From: Nioella sp.
GTDB lineage: Bacteria; Pseudomonadota; Alphaproteobacteria; Rhodobacterales; Rhodobacteraceae
Direction of reading: 5' to 3'
Assembly: GCF_964229645.1 (NCBI RefSeq)
Contig: NZ_CAXREX010000182.1
Span: forward strand, 39,235 to 103,234
DNA: 64,000 nt
This document shows positions 9,943-19,858 of the stretch, in pieces. The notes below the pieces were generated by a model. The model was given only the letters and a program-made list of their open reading frames with translations, ran no database searches and was not told where the DNA came from. A program made the translations under genes and the position numbers. How positions within the stretch are numbered: position 1 is the first letter of the stretch; every line of letters starts with the position of its first letter.

Positions 9943-12042
9943 ATGAGGGCGGGCGACTTCCCCGATCTCTCGCGGCTATTGTCGCCGCGCAGCGTGGCGA
10001 TCCTGGGGGCCAGTGAACGCCCCCGAAGCGTGGGCAGTGACACCTTGCTGAACCTTGCCGAGCATTCCGACTTTGAGGGAGGGATCTTCCCGGTCAATCC
10101 CGGGCGTGCAAGGGTTCATGGCCTGCGGGCCTATCCCGCAATGTCGGCCTTGCCCGGCCCCGTTGATGTGGCGGTGGTGTGCCTTCCGGCGGAGGCGGTG
10201 ATCGACGCCTTGCGGGATTGCGCCGCGGCAGGAACTGGGTTCGCGGTGGTCTTCACCTCTGGCTTCGGCGAAACCGGGGATGCGGGCCGCGCCGCCGAGA
10301 CCGAGATGGCTGAAATCGCCCGGCACAGCGGGATTCGCATCTATGGGCCGAACTCGCCGGGGCTGAGCAACATCAATCGCCGCCTCGGGCTGACCTTCTC
10401 GCCGGTGTTCAAGAACGACACGCTGGGCGGCGGCATCGGGCTTGTCACACAGGGCGGCGGGCTTGGCCGCGCCTTTATCCAGGCCAGCGAACGCGGTGTC
10501 GGCGTCGGCCTGTGGTGCTCTACCGGCAACGAGGCCGACCTGACCATGGCCGATGTCGTGCATCACATGGTGGGCGATCCCGACATAAGGGTAATCGCGC
10601 TTCTGGCCGAAGGCTTCCGCGACGGGCCGCGCTTTCTGGCAGCTGCCCGCGCTGCCGCTCGCGCCGGCAAGCCGGTGGTGGCGATGAAGGTGGGCAAGTC
10701 GGACTATGGCGTTGCTGCCACCCGTTCGCACACCGCCGCGCTCGCCGGATCGGCGGCGGTCACCTCGGCGCTGTTCCGCCAGCACGGCATCGTCGAGGTG
10801 GACGATCTGGACGAATTGATCGACACGGCGGCGCTGTTCGAGCGTGCGGGCATCGCCCGACGCCGGGGAATCTGCGTTTATTCCTTCTCTGGCGGCACCG
10901 CGGCGCTGGCCGCCGACATGGTGGGCAGCGCCGGTTTGACCCTGTCCGAACTGGCCCCCGACACCCGCGCCGGGCTGCGCGCGCTGGCCCCGTCCTATGC
11001 GGCGGTCGATAACCCGGTGGACCTGACGACCCAGGTTTTCACGCAGGACACGCTCAACCGCGACTGCCTGTCGCTGGTGGCGCGCGATCCGGCCACCGAT
11101 GTTGTGCTTCTGCCGATTCCCGCCGACTACGGCCCGATCACCGACCGGTCCGCCGACGACATGGTCGCGCTGGCGCCGGACAGCCCGGCTCTGCTCCTGC
11201 CGGTCTGGATGAGCGGGCATCGCGCCGCTGGCTATGCCACGCTGAACGCGGCAGGGCTGGCGCCTTTTCGCAGCCTCGGCAAGGCGGTGACGGCGTTGAA
11301 GCGGCTGATCTGGCGCGGCGACTGGAGCCCCTCGGACACCGAGACCCCGTCGCTGCCCGCACTTCCGCCCGGCGAGCATGACGAGGCTGCCGCCAAGGCG
11401 GTGCTGGCCGACCTGGGTCTGACCGTGCCCGAAGGACGGGTCGTGACCAGTGCGAGGCAGGCAGGCGAGGCGGCGCGCGGGATCGGCTTTCCGGTGGTGC
11501 TCAAGGCGCTGGTGCCCGGTCTTCTGCACAAGACCGAAGCCGGGGCCGTAGCCGTCGGGCTGATGGATGAGCAGGCGCTGGCGGCGGCCTGGGACGCGAT
11601 GGCGGCGTCGCTGGCGGCGCAGGGGCACAGGCTGGAGCGCGCTCTGGTTGAGCGCATGGAACAGGGGCCGGGCGTCGAGGTGATGGCGGGACTGCACCGC
11701 GATCCGGTGTTCGGCCCGGTGGTGAGCTTCGGCCTCGGCGGCGTGATGGTCGAGGCGCTTTCTGACGTCACGCACCGCGCCGCGCCCTTTGGGCGGGACG
11801 AGGCGCTGGCGATGATCGACGAGATCCGCGGACGCGCACTGCTGGGTCCGCTGCGCGGCCGCCCCGGCGCCGATCTGGGCGCGCTGGCCGATCTTCTCGT
11901 GATCCTGGCCGCCCTGGGTGCGCGCGGCGACATCGCGGAGATGGATCTCAATCCGGTGCGCGCCGGTCCGGCGGGTGCCACGGTGCTTGACGCGGTGATC
12001 CTGCGCGCTCCGACCGACACAGAAGGAAAGGCAAGACAATGA
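9943..12042 (+). CDS. Acyl-CoA synthetase (NDP-forming), fused alpha/beta acetate--CoA ligase family
   Basis: CoA-binding N-terminus (PRSVAILGAS, YGPNSPG), phospho-His motif RSHTAALAG, ATP-grasp C-terminus. Confidence 0.92.
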   Translation: MRAGDFPDLSRLLSPRSVAILGASERPRSVGSDTLLNLAEHSDFEGGIFPVNPGRARVHGLRAYPAMSALPGPVDVAVVCLPAEAVIDALRDCAAAGTGFAVVFTSGFGETGDAGRAAETEMAEIARHSGIRIYGPNSPGLSNINRRLGLTFSPVFKNDTLGGGIGLVTQGGGLGRAFIQASERGVGVGLWCSTGNEADLTMADVVHHMVGDPDIRVIALLAEGFRDGPRFLAAARAAARAGKPVVAMKVGKSDYGVAATRSHTAALAGSAAVTSALFRQHGIVEVDDLDELIDTAALFERAGIARRRGICVYSFSGGTAALAADMVGSAGLTLSELAPDTRAGLRALAPSYAAVDNPVDLTTQVFTQDTLNRDCLSLVARDPATDVVLLPIPADYGPITDRSADDMVALAPDSPALLLPVWMSGHRAAGYATLNAAGLAPFRSLGKAVTALKRLIWRGDWSPSDTETPSLPALPPGEHDEAAAKAVLADLGLTVPEGRVVTSARQAGEAARGIGFPVVLKALVPGLLHKTEAGAVAVGLMDEQALAAAWDAMAASLAAQGHRLERALVERMEQGPGVEVMAGLHRDPVFGPVVSFGLGGVMVEALSDVTHRAAPFGRDEALAMIDEIRGRALLGPLRGRPGADLGALADLLVILAALGARGDIAEMDLNPVRAGPAGATVLDAVILRAPTDTEGKARQ

Positions 12043-12857
12043 CGGTAAAGACGGACATCGGTTTCACCACCCGCGACCGCATCTATGTGCGCGGGCGCGA
12101 TCTGGCCGATGACATCCTGGGCAAGATGGATTTCATCGACATGATCTATTTCACCGCCACGGGGAAGGAGCCGGATGCCCGCACCCGCGCGATGACCAAT
12201 GCGATCATCGTCACCGCCACCGATCACGGCCTTACCCCCAGCGCCATCGCCGCGCGAATGACCATTCTCGGCGCGCCGGAATCGCTTCAGGGCGCGGTGG
12301 CTGCGGGCTTGCTGGGCGCGGGAAACCATTTTTTGGGCACCATGCAGAACGCCGCCGCCTTTACCCGCGACGAGATCGGCGGGCTGTCTGACAGCGACGA
12401 CGACGCAGCCTATGCCGCCCGCGCGCAGGAGGTCGTGCGCGCCTTTCGCGCGGCGCGCCGCATTGTGCCGGGCCTCGGCCATCCGATCCACGTCGAGGGC
12501 GACCCCCGCACGCCGGTTCTGCGGCGCATCGCGGGCGAGAACGGGTTCGACGGGCGGCATTGGCGCTTCATGGCGGCCGTCGAGTCCGCCGCCCGCGAGG
12601 AATATGGCCGTCTGCTGCCCATCAACGCCGCCGGCGCGGTCGGGGCCACCGTTTCGGACATGGGGCTTGCCCCGATCTGGGCGCGGGCCTTCGCCCTGAT
12701 TGGCCGATCCGCCGGGCTTCTGGCGCATCTGATGGAAGAACTCGAAAATCCACAGGGTCAGAAGATCTGGGACATGATCCTGGAACAGGACGACTCGGCG
12801 GAATGCGCCGGGATCGTAGACCCGGACTGCGCGGACAGCACAGGAGCGCAAAAATGA
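12039..12857 (+). CDS. Citrate-synthase-fold 'citryl-CoA lyase'-like protein
   Basis: DHGLTPSAIAARMT and PGLGHPIH motifs. The canonical N-V-D aspartate is replaced (PINAAG). Confidence 0.8.
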   Translation: MTVKTDIGFTTRDRIYVRGRDLADDILGKMDFIDMIYFTATGKEPDARTRAMTNAIIVTATDHGLTPSAIAARMTILGAPESLQGAVAAGLLGAGNHFLGTMQNAAAFTRDEIGGLSDSDDDAAYAARAQEVVRAFRAARRIVPGLGHPIHVEGDPRTPVLRRIAGENGFDGRHWRFMAAVESAAREEYGRLLPINAAGAVGATVSDMGLAPIWARAFALIGRSAGLLAHLMEELENPQGQKIWDMILEQDDSAECAGIVDPDCADSTGAQK

Positions 12858-13975
12858 CCGGCACTGCACCGCTTTCGGGGCTTCGCGTCCTCGATCTGAC
12901 CGAGCTTCTGCCCGGACCCTATGCCACGCAGCAACTGGCCGAGATGGGGGCCGAGGTCATCAAGGTCGAACGTCCCGCGGGCGACGCCGCGCGCGCCATG
13001 TTCCCCGGCCTCTTTGCCGCCGTGAACCGCGGCAAGAAAAGCATCGCCCTGAACCTCAAGGACGACACAGACCGCGCGGCTTTCCTGCGGCTGGCCAAAC
13101 GGGCGGACGTCGTGATCGAGGGTTATCGCCCGGGCGTGACCGCGCGGCTGGGCATCGACTATGAGACGCTTTCGGCGCTCAATCCCGGCCTCGTCTACTG
13201 TTCGGTCAGCGGCTATGGTCAGACCGGGCCGGCGCGCGACTGGCCGGGGCATGATCTGAACTACGCGGCGATGGCGGGCGCGGTGGCGATCTCGGGCGCG
13301 CCCGACGGACCGCCTGAATACACGACTGGCGTGCCGATCGGGGATCTCTCGGCAGCCATGTATGCCATCATCACCATTCTTGCTGCGTTGCGCGGACGCG
13401 ACGCCACGGGGCGGGGCCAGTATCTGGACGTGGCGATCACCGACGCGCTGGCCAGTTGGGTCGCCCCGCGCTACGGCGTGTGGGACGCCGGACGCCAGGC
13501 CGGGCGCGAGATCACAAAGGCCGATATCCTGCGCCGCGCCGCCTATGGTATCTTCGCGACCGCCGACGGAAAATATATGACCATCGGTGCGATCGAGACG
13601 CATTTCTTCCGCCGCCTGATCCGCGCCACCGGGATGACGGGCTTCGACGATCCGGCGCTTGACGACTTCGCCGCACGCACCGACCGCACGGATGATATCA
13701 GCGCCGCCCTGACCCCGTTGATCGCCGCGCGTCCTTATGCGCATTGGGCGGAGATCTTTGAGGCCGAGGATGTTCCCTTCGCCCCGGTCAACGGGCTGGA
13801 GGATCTGGCACGAGACCCGCAGCTCAAGGCGCGCGGGATGGTGCGCTCAGCCGGCGCGGCGCAGGTGATGGCCTTCCCGGTGCCGATGGCTGGGATGAGT
13901 GATCCGGCGGGCCACGTCCCGGCAGTGGGCGAGCATCAGGCCGAAATTCTGGACCAAGCCGAAAGGCTGGAGTGA
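12854..13975 (+). CDS. CaiB/BaiF class III CoA-transferase
   Basis: PLSGLRVLDL, LPGPYAT, NRGKKSI, EGYRPGV and the catalytic GHDLNY motif. Confidence 0.92.
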   Translation: MTGTAPLSGLRVLDLTELLPGPYATQQLAEMGAEVIKVERPAGDAARAMFPGLFAAVNRGKKSIALNLKDDTDRAAFLRLAKRADVVIEGYRPGVTARLGIDYETLSALNPGLVYCSVSGYGQTGPARDWPGHDLNYAAMAGAVAISGAPDGPPEYTTGVPIGDLSAAMYAIITILAALRGRDATGRGQYLDVAITDALASWVAPRYGVWDAGRQAGREITKADILRRAAYGIFATADGKYMTIGAIETHFFRRLIRATGMTGFDDPALDDFAARTDRTDDISAALTPLIAARPYAHWAEIFEAEDVPFAPVNGLEDLARDPQLKARGMVRSAGAAQVMAFPVPMAGMSDPAGHVPAVGEHQAEILDQAERLE

Positions 13976-13981
13976 GGACCG

Positions 13982-15136
13982 ATGCAGTTTGAGCTGGACG
14001 ACTGGCAGGAAACGGCGCGGCGCAGCTTCCGCAAATACCTTGACGCCGAGGTGGCGCCGTTGGTCGAGGCGCACGAGGATGCCCACCGTCCGCCGCCGCC
14101 CGAAGTGTTGCAAAAGATGGGCGAGTTCGGCCTTCTGGGCGGCCTTTTGCCCGAGGCGCAGGGCGGGGCGGGTCTGGACTACCTCACCTATTGCACGCTC
14201 CTGTGCGAGCTGTCGCAGGTCTGGCCGTCCCTGCGCAGCATCGTCAGCACCTCCAACCTGGTCCTGATGATCATTGCGCAGCGCGGAACGCCAGAGCAGC
14301 AGCAAAGATGGCTGGGCGATCTGGTGTCGGGCCGCAAGACCGCCTTCTTCGCGCTGACCGAACCCAATGTCGGCTCGGACGCCAGCAATGTCGAGACACG
14401 GGCCCGGCGCGACGGCGATGGCTGGCGGCTGAACGGTCGCAAGCTGTATATTTCGAATGGGACGGGGGCCGATCTGGGCGTTGTCTTCGCGCGTTCGGGT
14501 GAGGGCGAAAGAGCAGGGGTCTCGGCCTTCGTGGTCGAGACCGGCGCGTCGGGGTTCTCGGCGCGCGAGGTGCGCAGCATGGGCATGAACGCCTGCCCGC
14601 TGGGCGAGCTTCTGTTCGAAGACGTGAGGCTGCCACCCGATCACCTGATCGGCACCGAGGGCGAGGCCTTTGCCATCGCCAAGCACTATCTGAACGTGGG
14701 CCGCTGCTTTGTGTCCTTCACCTGCCTCGGCCTGTCGATTGCCGCCTACGAGGCGGCGCTGCGCTATGCCGGTGAACGGGAACAGTTCGGGCGCAAGATC
14801 GGCGGTTTCCAACTGGTTCAGCAGATGATCGCCGACATGATGACCGGCGTGGAAACCTCGCGTATGCTGGCTTGCCGGGCGGCCGACGCGCTGGACCGCG
14901 GCGCGCCGGATCGCGGCCGCGCCTGCTCGATGGCCAAGCGCCACAATTCCGACACGGCGCTCAGGGTCTGCGAGACCGCTTTGCAGGTGCATGGCGGGGC
15001 GGGCTATACCCGGGACTTCCCGGTGGAGCGCTACTATCGCGACGTGCGCCACCTGACGATTGCCGAAGGCACAAACCAGCTTCAGGCGCTGCTTCTGGCG
15101 CAGGGGGCCCTGGGCATCTCGGCGCTGCGGGGCTGA
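13982..15136 (+). CDS. Acyl-CoA dehydrogenase
   Basis: ALTEPNVGSDAS, REQFGRKIGGFQ, HGGAGYTRDFPVERYYRD and IAEGTNQ motifs. Confidence 0.92.
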   Translation: MQFELDDWQETARRSFRKYLDAEVAPLVEAHEDAHRPPPPEVLQKMGEFGLLGGLLPEAQGGAGLDYLTYCTLLCELSQVWPSLRSIVSTSNLVLMIIAQRGTPEQQQRWLGDLVSGRKTAFFALTEPNVGSDASNVETRARRDGDGWRLNGRKLYISNGTGADLGVVFARSGEGERAGVSAFVVETGASGFSAREVRSMGMNACPLGELLFEDVRLPPDHLIGTEGEAFAIAKHYLNVGRCFVSFTCLGLSIAAYEAALRYAGEREQFGRKIGGFQLVQQMIADMMTGVETSRMLACRAADALDRGAPDRGRACSMAKRHNSDTALRVCETALQVHGGAGYTRDFPVERYYRDVRHLTIAEGTNQLQALLLAQGALGISALRG

Positions 15137-15210
15137 CCGGTCCGCAGTTTGCGCACGGCCTGCCGCCGATGCCGGTCTGAATGGCAGGCGGAATGCGGGC
15201 ACCGGGCGGG

Positions 15211-15918
15211 TCAGATTCCCAAATACGAACGGCGCACATGATCGTCGTGGCGCAAGACGTCGGAGGCTCCGGTGAGAGCGATTGTCCCGTTTTCCAGAAC
15301 ATAGGCGCGGCTGGCGAAATCCAGCGCCATGTAGACATCCTGTTCCACGAGAAGAATGGTCAGGCCGGTGCGGCGAAGACCGTCGAGGGCCTCGTACATC
15401 TGCTCGACCACCAGAGGCGCGAGGCCGAGCGACGGCTCGTCGAGCATGATCATGCTGGGCCGGGACATAAGCGCGCGCCCGATCGCCAGCATCTGCTGCT
15501 GACCGCCCGAGAGCCCTCCGGCAAGTTCGCGGGCCTTCTGGCTCAGCATCGGAAAGAGTTCGTAGACCTCGGAAAGGGCGCTCTTCCGGTCTTTCGTGTC
15601 GGATGCGGCGCTTGCGCCCACGATCAGGTTCTGTTCGACCGTGAGCGACCCGAAGACGTGCCGCGCCTCGGGTACATGAACGAGGCCAAGGCGCGGAATC
15701 TCGCTGGCGGCAAGGCCGCCGATCTCCTTGCCATCGTAGCGGATTGTCCCGGAACGGGCGGCCACGAGGCCCGAAATCGTGCGCAGAAGGGTGGATTTGC
15801 CCGCGCCGTTCGGCCCGATCACAGCCACGACCTCGCCCTCGGCGATCTCGATGCTGACACCGTGGAGCACGTCGAGCAGACCGTAACCGGAGACGAGAGA
15901 CTCGATCGACAGCTTCAT
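15211..15918 (-). CDS. livF: Branched-chain-amino-acid-type ABC transporter ATP-binding subunit (LivF-like)
   Basis: GPNGAGKST, LSGGQQQMLAIGRALM and LDEPSLGLAP motifs. Confidence 0.9.
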   Translation of the reverse strand: MKLSIESLVSGYGLLDVLHGVSIEIAEGEVVAVIGPNGAGKSTLLRTISGLVAARSGTIRYDGKEIGGLAASEIPRLGLVHVPEARHVFGSLTVEQNLIVGASAASDTKDRKSALSEVYELFPMLSQKARELAGGLSGGQQQMLAIGRALMSRPSMIMLDEPSLGLAPLVVEQMYEALDGLRRTGLTILLVEQDVYMALDFASRAYVLENGTIALTGASDVLRHDDHVRRSYLGI

Positions 15919-17090
15919 CTTGGGCCCCGAGTAGATGTGCGGGGCCGGCCCAGGATCGTGTTGGAGATGATGTTGCGCTGAATCTGGTTGGTGCCCTCGA
16001 TGATCTGCAGAACCTTGGCGTCGCGGAAGTAGCGGTTGATCGGAACCTCGCTCGAGATGCCCGCCGCCCCGAAAAGCTGGACGGCGTCCTGGGCCACCTG
16101 CATCGCGGTGTCGGTGGCGAACCGCTTGGCCATCGCGGCCGCCGCAGCCAGTTCGGTTCCTGTCTTGCCGGCGTCCACCAGGGCGGCGGCGCGATAGACC
16201 AGCAGCCGCGATGCCTCCACTCCGGTTGCCATGTCGGCGATCATCCAGCGCACGCCCTGGAAGTCGGATACCGCCTGCCCGAAGGCCTGCCGTTCGAGGA
16301 TGAAATCGCGCGCGAGTTCCATCGCTCCCTGGGCCAGACCGACGCCGCGTGCCCCGATGATCGGACGCGACTGGTTGAACGCTTCCATCACGATCTTGAA
16401 GCCCTTGCCCTCGGGGCCGATCCGGTTGGCGGCGGGCACGATCATGTCCTCGAAATGCAGTGCGTTCGAAGGCACGCCCCGGGCGCCCAGCTTGTCTTCC
16501 TTGCGGCCAAGCTCGAAGCCCTTCGTGCCCTTTTCGACGATGAAGAAGTTGATCTCTCCGGTGCTGTCGCTGGCGCCGGTCTTGGCCGCGACAAGAACGA
16601 AGTCGGCGACCGCCGAGTTGGTGCTCCAGATTTTCTGGCCATTGATGCGATAAGCGTCGCCCTCGCGCACAGCGCGGGTGCGGATCCCGGCAACATCCGA
16701 TCCGCTTTGCGGCTCGGTGACCGCCAGCGCACTCCGCAGGCTGCCATCGGCCAAGCCGGGCAGGAAGCGCGCCTTCTGCGCCTCGTCACCGCCGAACAGG
16801 ATCGCACCGAACGGGACCCACTGCACGATCAGCAGATAGGCGGTATTATAGCAGACGCGCGCCAGTTCCTCGACCGCGACGCAGGCGGCAAGCTGGCTTC
16901 CCATGCCGCCGTGCTCGGCCGGAAACGGCAAGGTGAACATCCCCAGTTCGCGCAGCAGATCGAACATGTCCTGCGGGTACTCCCCGCTGCGGTCGATTTC
17001 GTGGGCGCGGGGCGCCACGCGCTCGTTGGCGACGCGCCGCACCATCTGCTGCACTTCCCTGACGTCCTCGGGCAGATCAAACATCATCAT
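15915..17090 (-). CDS. Acyl-CoA dehydrogenase (inside the ABC operon)
   Basis: AVTEPQSGSDVAG, RQAFGQAVSDFQG and YFRDAKVLQIIEGTNQIQR motifs. Confidence 0.92.
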   Translation of the reverse strand: MMMFDLPEDVREVQQMVRRVANERVAPRAHEIDRSGEYPQDMFDLLRELGMFTLPFPAEHGGMGSQLAACVAVEELARVCYNTAYLLIVQWVPFGAILFGGDEAQKARFLPGLADGSLRSALAVTEPQSGSDVAGIRTRAVREGDAYRINGQKIWSTNSAVADFVLVAAKTGASDSTGEINFFIVEKGTKGFELGRKEDKLGARGVPSNALHFEDMIVPAANRIGPEGKGFKIVMEAFNQSRPIIGARGVGLAQGAMELARDFILERQAFGQAVSDFQGVRWMIADMATGVEASRLLVYRAAALVDAGKTGTELAAAAAMAKRFATDTAMQVAQDAVQLFGAAGISSEVPINRYFRDAKVLQIIEGTNQIQRNIISNTILGRPRTSTRGPR

Positions 17091-18959
17091 TCAGGTTTCT
17101 CCGTTGTCGGCGTTGTCGGATGCTGCGGCGGCAGAGGCTTGCTGCGCGCGCTTGCCGAGATAGGCTTCGATCACGTGGGGATCCCGACTGACCTCGCTTG
17201 GCAGCCCCTCGGCTATCACCGCGCCCGCATCGAGCACCACAATCCGGTCGCAAAGCTCCATCACCGCATGCATCACGTGCTCGATGATCACCACGGTGAT
17301 CCCTTCCGCGCGCAGGCCGCGGATGAGCGCGATCACGCTTGTCACCTCGGTCGGTGTCAGCCCCGCCATGACTTCGTCGAGCAGCAACAGAGAAGGTCCC
17401 GTTGCAAGGGCGCGCGCGATTTCCAGCCGACGCCGCTCGGACAGCGTGAGTTCTGCACAGGGCACATCTCGGCGTGTCTCGAGCCCGACACGGGAAAGCA
17501 CCCGACCGGCGATGCTGCGGGCTTCGTCGAAGGAGCGGTCGGGAAGCGCGGCAGTGAACACCGCCTCGGCCACCGTGAAGGACGCGAAAGTCTGCGTGAT
17601 CTGGAAGGTGCGCGCGATGCCCAGTTGGGTGCATTCGTGCGGGGCCAGCCCGTCGACGCGCTGTCCGAGCAGGGTTATCCGGCCGCGGCTTGGCGGAAAG
17701 GCACCGCCGAGCAGGTTGAAGAAGGTCGTCTTGCCGGCGCCGTTGGGGCCGATCAGGCCGAGGATTTCGCCCTGACGAACTTCGAGATCGACCGACTGCA
17801 GTGCCGTCACGCCGCCAAAGTCACGGCCCACGCCATCTGCGGTGAGAATTTTCCCGCCATCCTCAAGATCGGCGGCGTGGCGCCGGGGCAACGGCCCGGC
17901 AGCGACGGACTGCGGCACGGAAAGGGTGAAGCCGGAAAACCATCGCCCGCCCAGTGCCCTGCGCAACTGCCCGATCAGCCCCCCCGGCAGAAGCAGGATC
18001 ACCGCGACAAGGGCGGCGCCGTAGACCAGCTGGTGCGCGCCTGCCCCAAGCGACATCAACTGCACGCGCATGATCTCGCCCAGGGGGAAGAGCACAAGGG
18101 TGCCCACGACCGGACCCAGAAGTGTTCCGGTGCCACCGACAACCGAGAACAGCAGGATCAGAATGATCACATGCACGCCCAGCACCGAATGCGGGTCTAT
18201 GAAGCCCACGAACTGCGCGTAGAAGCCGCCCGCCACCGAGGTCGCCGCGGCGCTGATGGCGAAGGCGAGCTGTTTGGACCGGAAAAGATTGATGCCCGAC
18301 GCCGCGGCTGCGGCCTCGTTGTCCCGGGTGGCGCGCCAGATGAAGCCGTGGCGCGAATTCAGAAGCGCCTGCAGGACGAGCAGGAGCACCGTGTTGAATA
18401 CCGCGATGACGAGCAGATAGGGCCAGAGGTCCTGAAAGCGCAGGGCCGCAAGACCGGTCTCGTCAAGCGGCATGAACATGCCGTTGGTGCCACCGAGTGC
18501 TCTGACCCCCGACACCCCGTAGAAAAGCGCATAGGCCAGGGCAAGCGTCAGGAGCGCAAAGACGAGGTGGCTGAGACCTTTCCGGAACGGAATGTAACCC
18601 GCCGCCAGGGCGAGAACGACCGACAGGGCCATGCCGAAGATCATCCCCAGCCAGGGACTGACCCCATAGGTGGTGGCAAGGTAGATGGTGCAGTAGGCAC
18701 CGACACCGAAGAAGGCCCCGTGGCCAAAGGAGACCTGGCCGACATAGCCGCCGATCAGGTTCCAGGCCGTGCAGAGGTAGCACCACACGAGCATCATCAC
18801 CGCGACGCTGACCCAGTAGGCGTTCAGAACGGTGAGGGCGATCACCACCGCCACCCAGATGACCAGGATGGCGACTGCACCCTCGCTGCGCAGCACGCCT
18901 GCTATGGCACCCGCCGGGGATCGACCGAGGCGGACCGCGGTATCCGGTTTGCCGCTCAT
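17091..18959 (-). CDS. Fused LivM permease / LivG ATP-binding subunit
   Basis: N-terminal AWNLIGGYVGQVSFGHGAFFGVGAY and VVGGTGTLLGP. C-terminal GPNGAGKTT, LLDEVMAGL and VIEAYLG. Confidence 0.9.
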   Translation of the reverse strand: MSGKPDTAVRLGRSPAGAIAGVLRSEGAVAILVIWVAVVIALTVLNAYWVSVAVMMLVWCYLCTAWNLIGGYVGQVSFGHGAFFGVGAYCTIYLATTYGVSPWLGMIFGMALSVVLALAAGYIPFRKGLSHLVFALLTLALAYALFYGVSGVRALGGTNGMFMPLDETGLAALRFQDLWPYLLVIAVFNTVLLLVLQALLNSRHGFIWRATRDNEAAAAASGINLFRSKQLAFAISAAATSVAGGFYAQFVGFIDPHSVLGVHVIILILLFSVVGGTGTLLGPVVGTLVLFPLGEIMRVQLMSLGAGAHQLVYGAALVAVILLLPGGLIGQLRRALGGRWFSGFTLSVPQSVAAGPLPRRHAADLEDGGKILTADGVGRDFGGVTALQSVDLEVRQGEILGLIGPNGAGKTTFFNLLGGAFPPSRGRITLLGQRVDGLAPHECTQLGIARTFQITQTFASFTVAEAVFTAALPDRSFDEARSIAGRVLSRVGLETRRDVPCAELTLSERRRLEIARALATGPSLLLLDEVMAGLTPTEVTSVIALIRGLRAEGITVVIIEHVMHAVMELCDRIVVLDAGAVIAEGLPSEVSRDPHVIEAYLGKRAQQASAAAASDNADNGET

Positions 18960-19831
18960 ACCGTCGCCCCCCGCCCCAGAAGGCCGTGCGGCCTCAGAAG
19001 CAGCACGGCGCCGAACAAGATGTAAAGCCCCGCCGGCGCCGATGCGCTGTTGAAGATGGCGCCGGCCAGCGCCTCGGCCACGCCGAGAACCAGCGCCGCC
19101 ACCATCGCACCGCGCAGATCACCCAGCCCGCCCAGCACCACGATCATCAGAGACAGAACGCTGAACTGAAGGCCCACCACCGGGGTGACATGATAGAACC
19201 CCATCAGGCAGCCGGCGGCGACCGCCAGCGACCCCGTCGCGCCGACGAAGACCCACATCTGCACACGCTGCACCGTCACGCCGCACAGTTGGGCCATCAC
19301 CGGGTCTTCCGCCGTGGCACGGATGCGGTACCCCCAGACGGTCGCCGAGAGAAACCAGGCCAGCAGCCCCGACGCCACCAGGGCGATGACGAAGCCTATC
19401 AGCAACGGCACGCTTACCACGATGGCGCCAAGACGGATTGTCGACGCTCCGAGTTCGGTCCTCACGTTGAACAGGTCGGCCCCGAACCACAGGAACGCCG
19501 CGCTCTGGATCACGAATGACAGCCCGATGGTCAACTGCGCCTGAACGAGAGGGGCGGAGCCGACGATCGGCCGGATGAGCAGCCCGAAGACCGCCCATCC
19601 GATCGCCATCATGGCAGGCACAATCAGGAGGCCCGCAAGAAACGGCGAGAGACCCGTGGAGGCGCAGACCATCACCACGCCGTACATGCCGACCATGAGC
19701 AGGTCGCCATGGGCGAAGTTCAGCACGCCCATGACGCCGAACACCAGCGCCAGGGCCAGGGCGATAAGCGCATAGATGCCACCCATCAGGAACCCCGACA
19801 CTGCCGCCTGAACAAGAAGCTCAACACTCAT
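18956..19831 (-). CDS. livH: Branched-chain-amino-acid-type ABC permease (LivH-like)
   Basis: GGIYALIALALALVFGVMGVLNFAHG and VVLGGLG motifs. ATG 19831 chosen from RBS spacing. Confidence 0.88.
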   Translation of the reverse strand: MSVELLVQAAVSGFLMGGIYALIALALALVFGVMGVLNFAHGDLLMVGMYGVVMVCASTGLSPFLAGLLIVPAMMAIGWAVFGLLIRPIVGSAPLVQAQLTIGLSFVIQSAAFLWFGADLFNVRTELGASTIRLGAIVVSVPLLIGFVIALVASGLLAWFLSATVWGYRIRATAEDPVMAQLCGVTVQRVQMWVFVGATGSLAVAAGCLMGFYHVTPVVGLQFSVLSLMIVVLGGLGDLRGAMVAALVLGVAEALAGAIFNSASAPAGLYILFGAVLLLRPHGLLGRGATV

Positions 19832-19858
19832 CCTGACCACTCCCGTCCAGTTTACGTA

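Noticed and set aside
15137-15210. Extended hairpins between convergent genes (also 22729-22757) as REP/MITE elements or sRNAs
   Set aside because: They are single-copy with no shared sequence, and are most simply bidirectional terminators.
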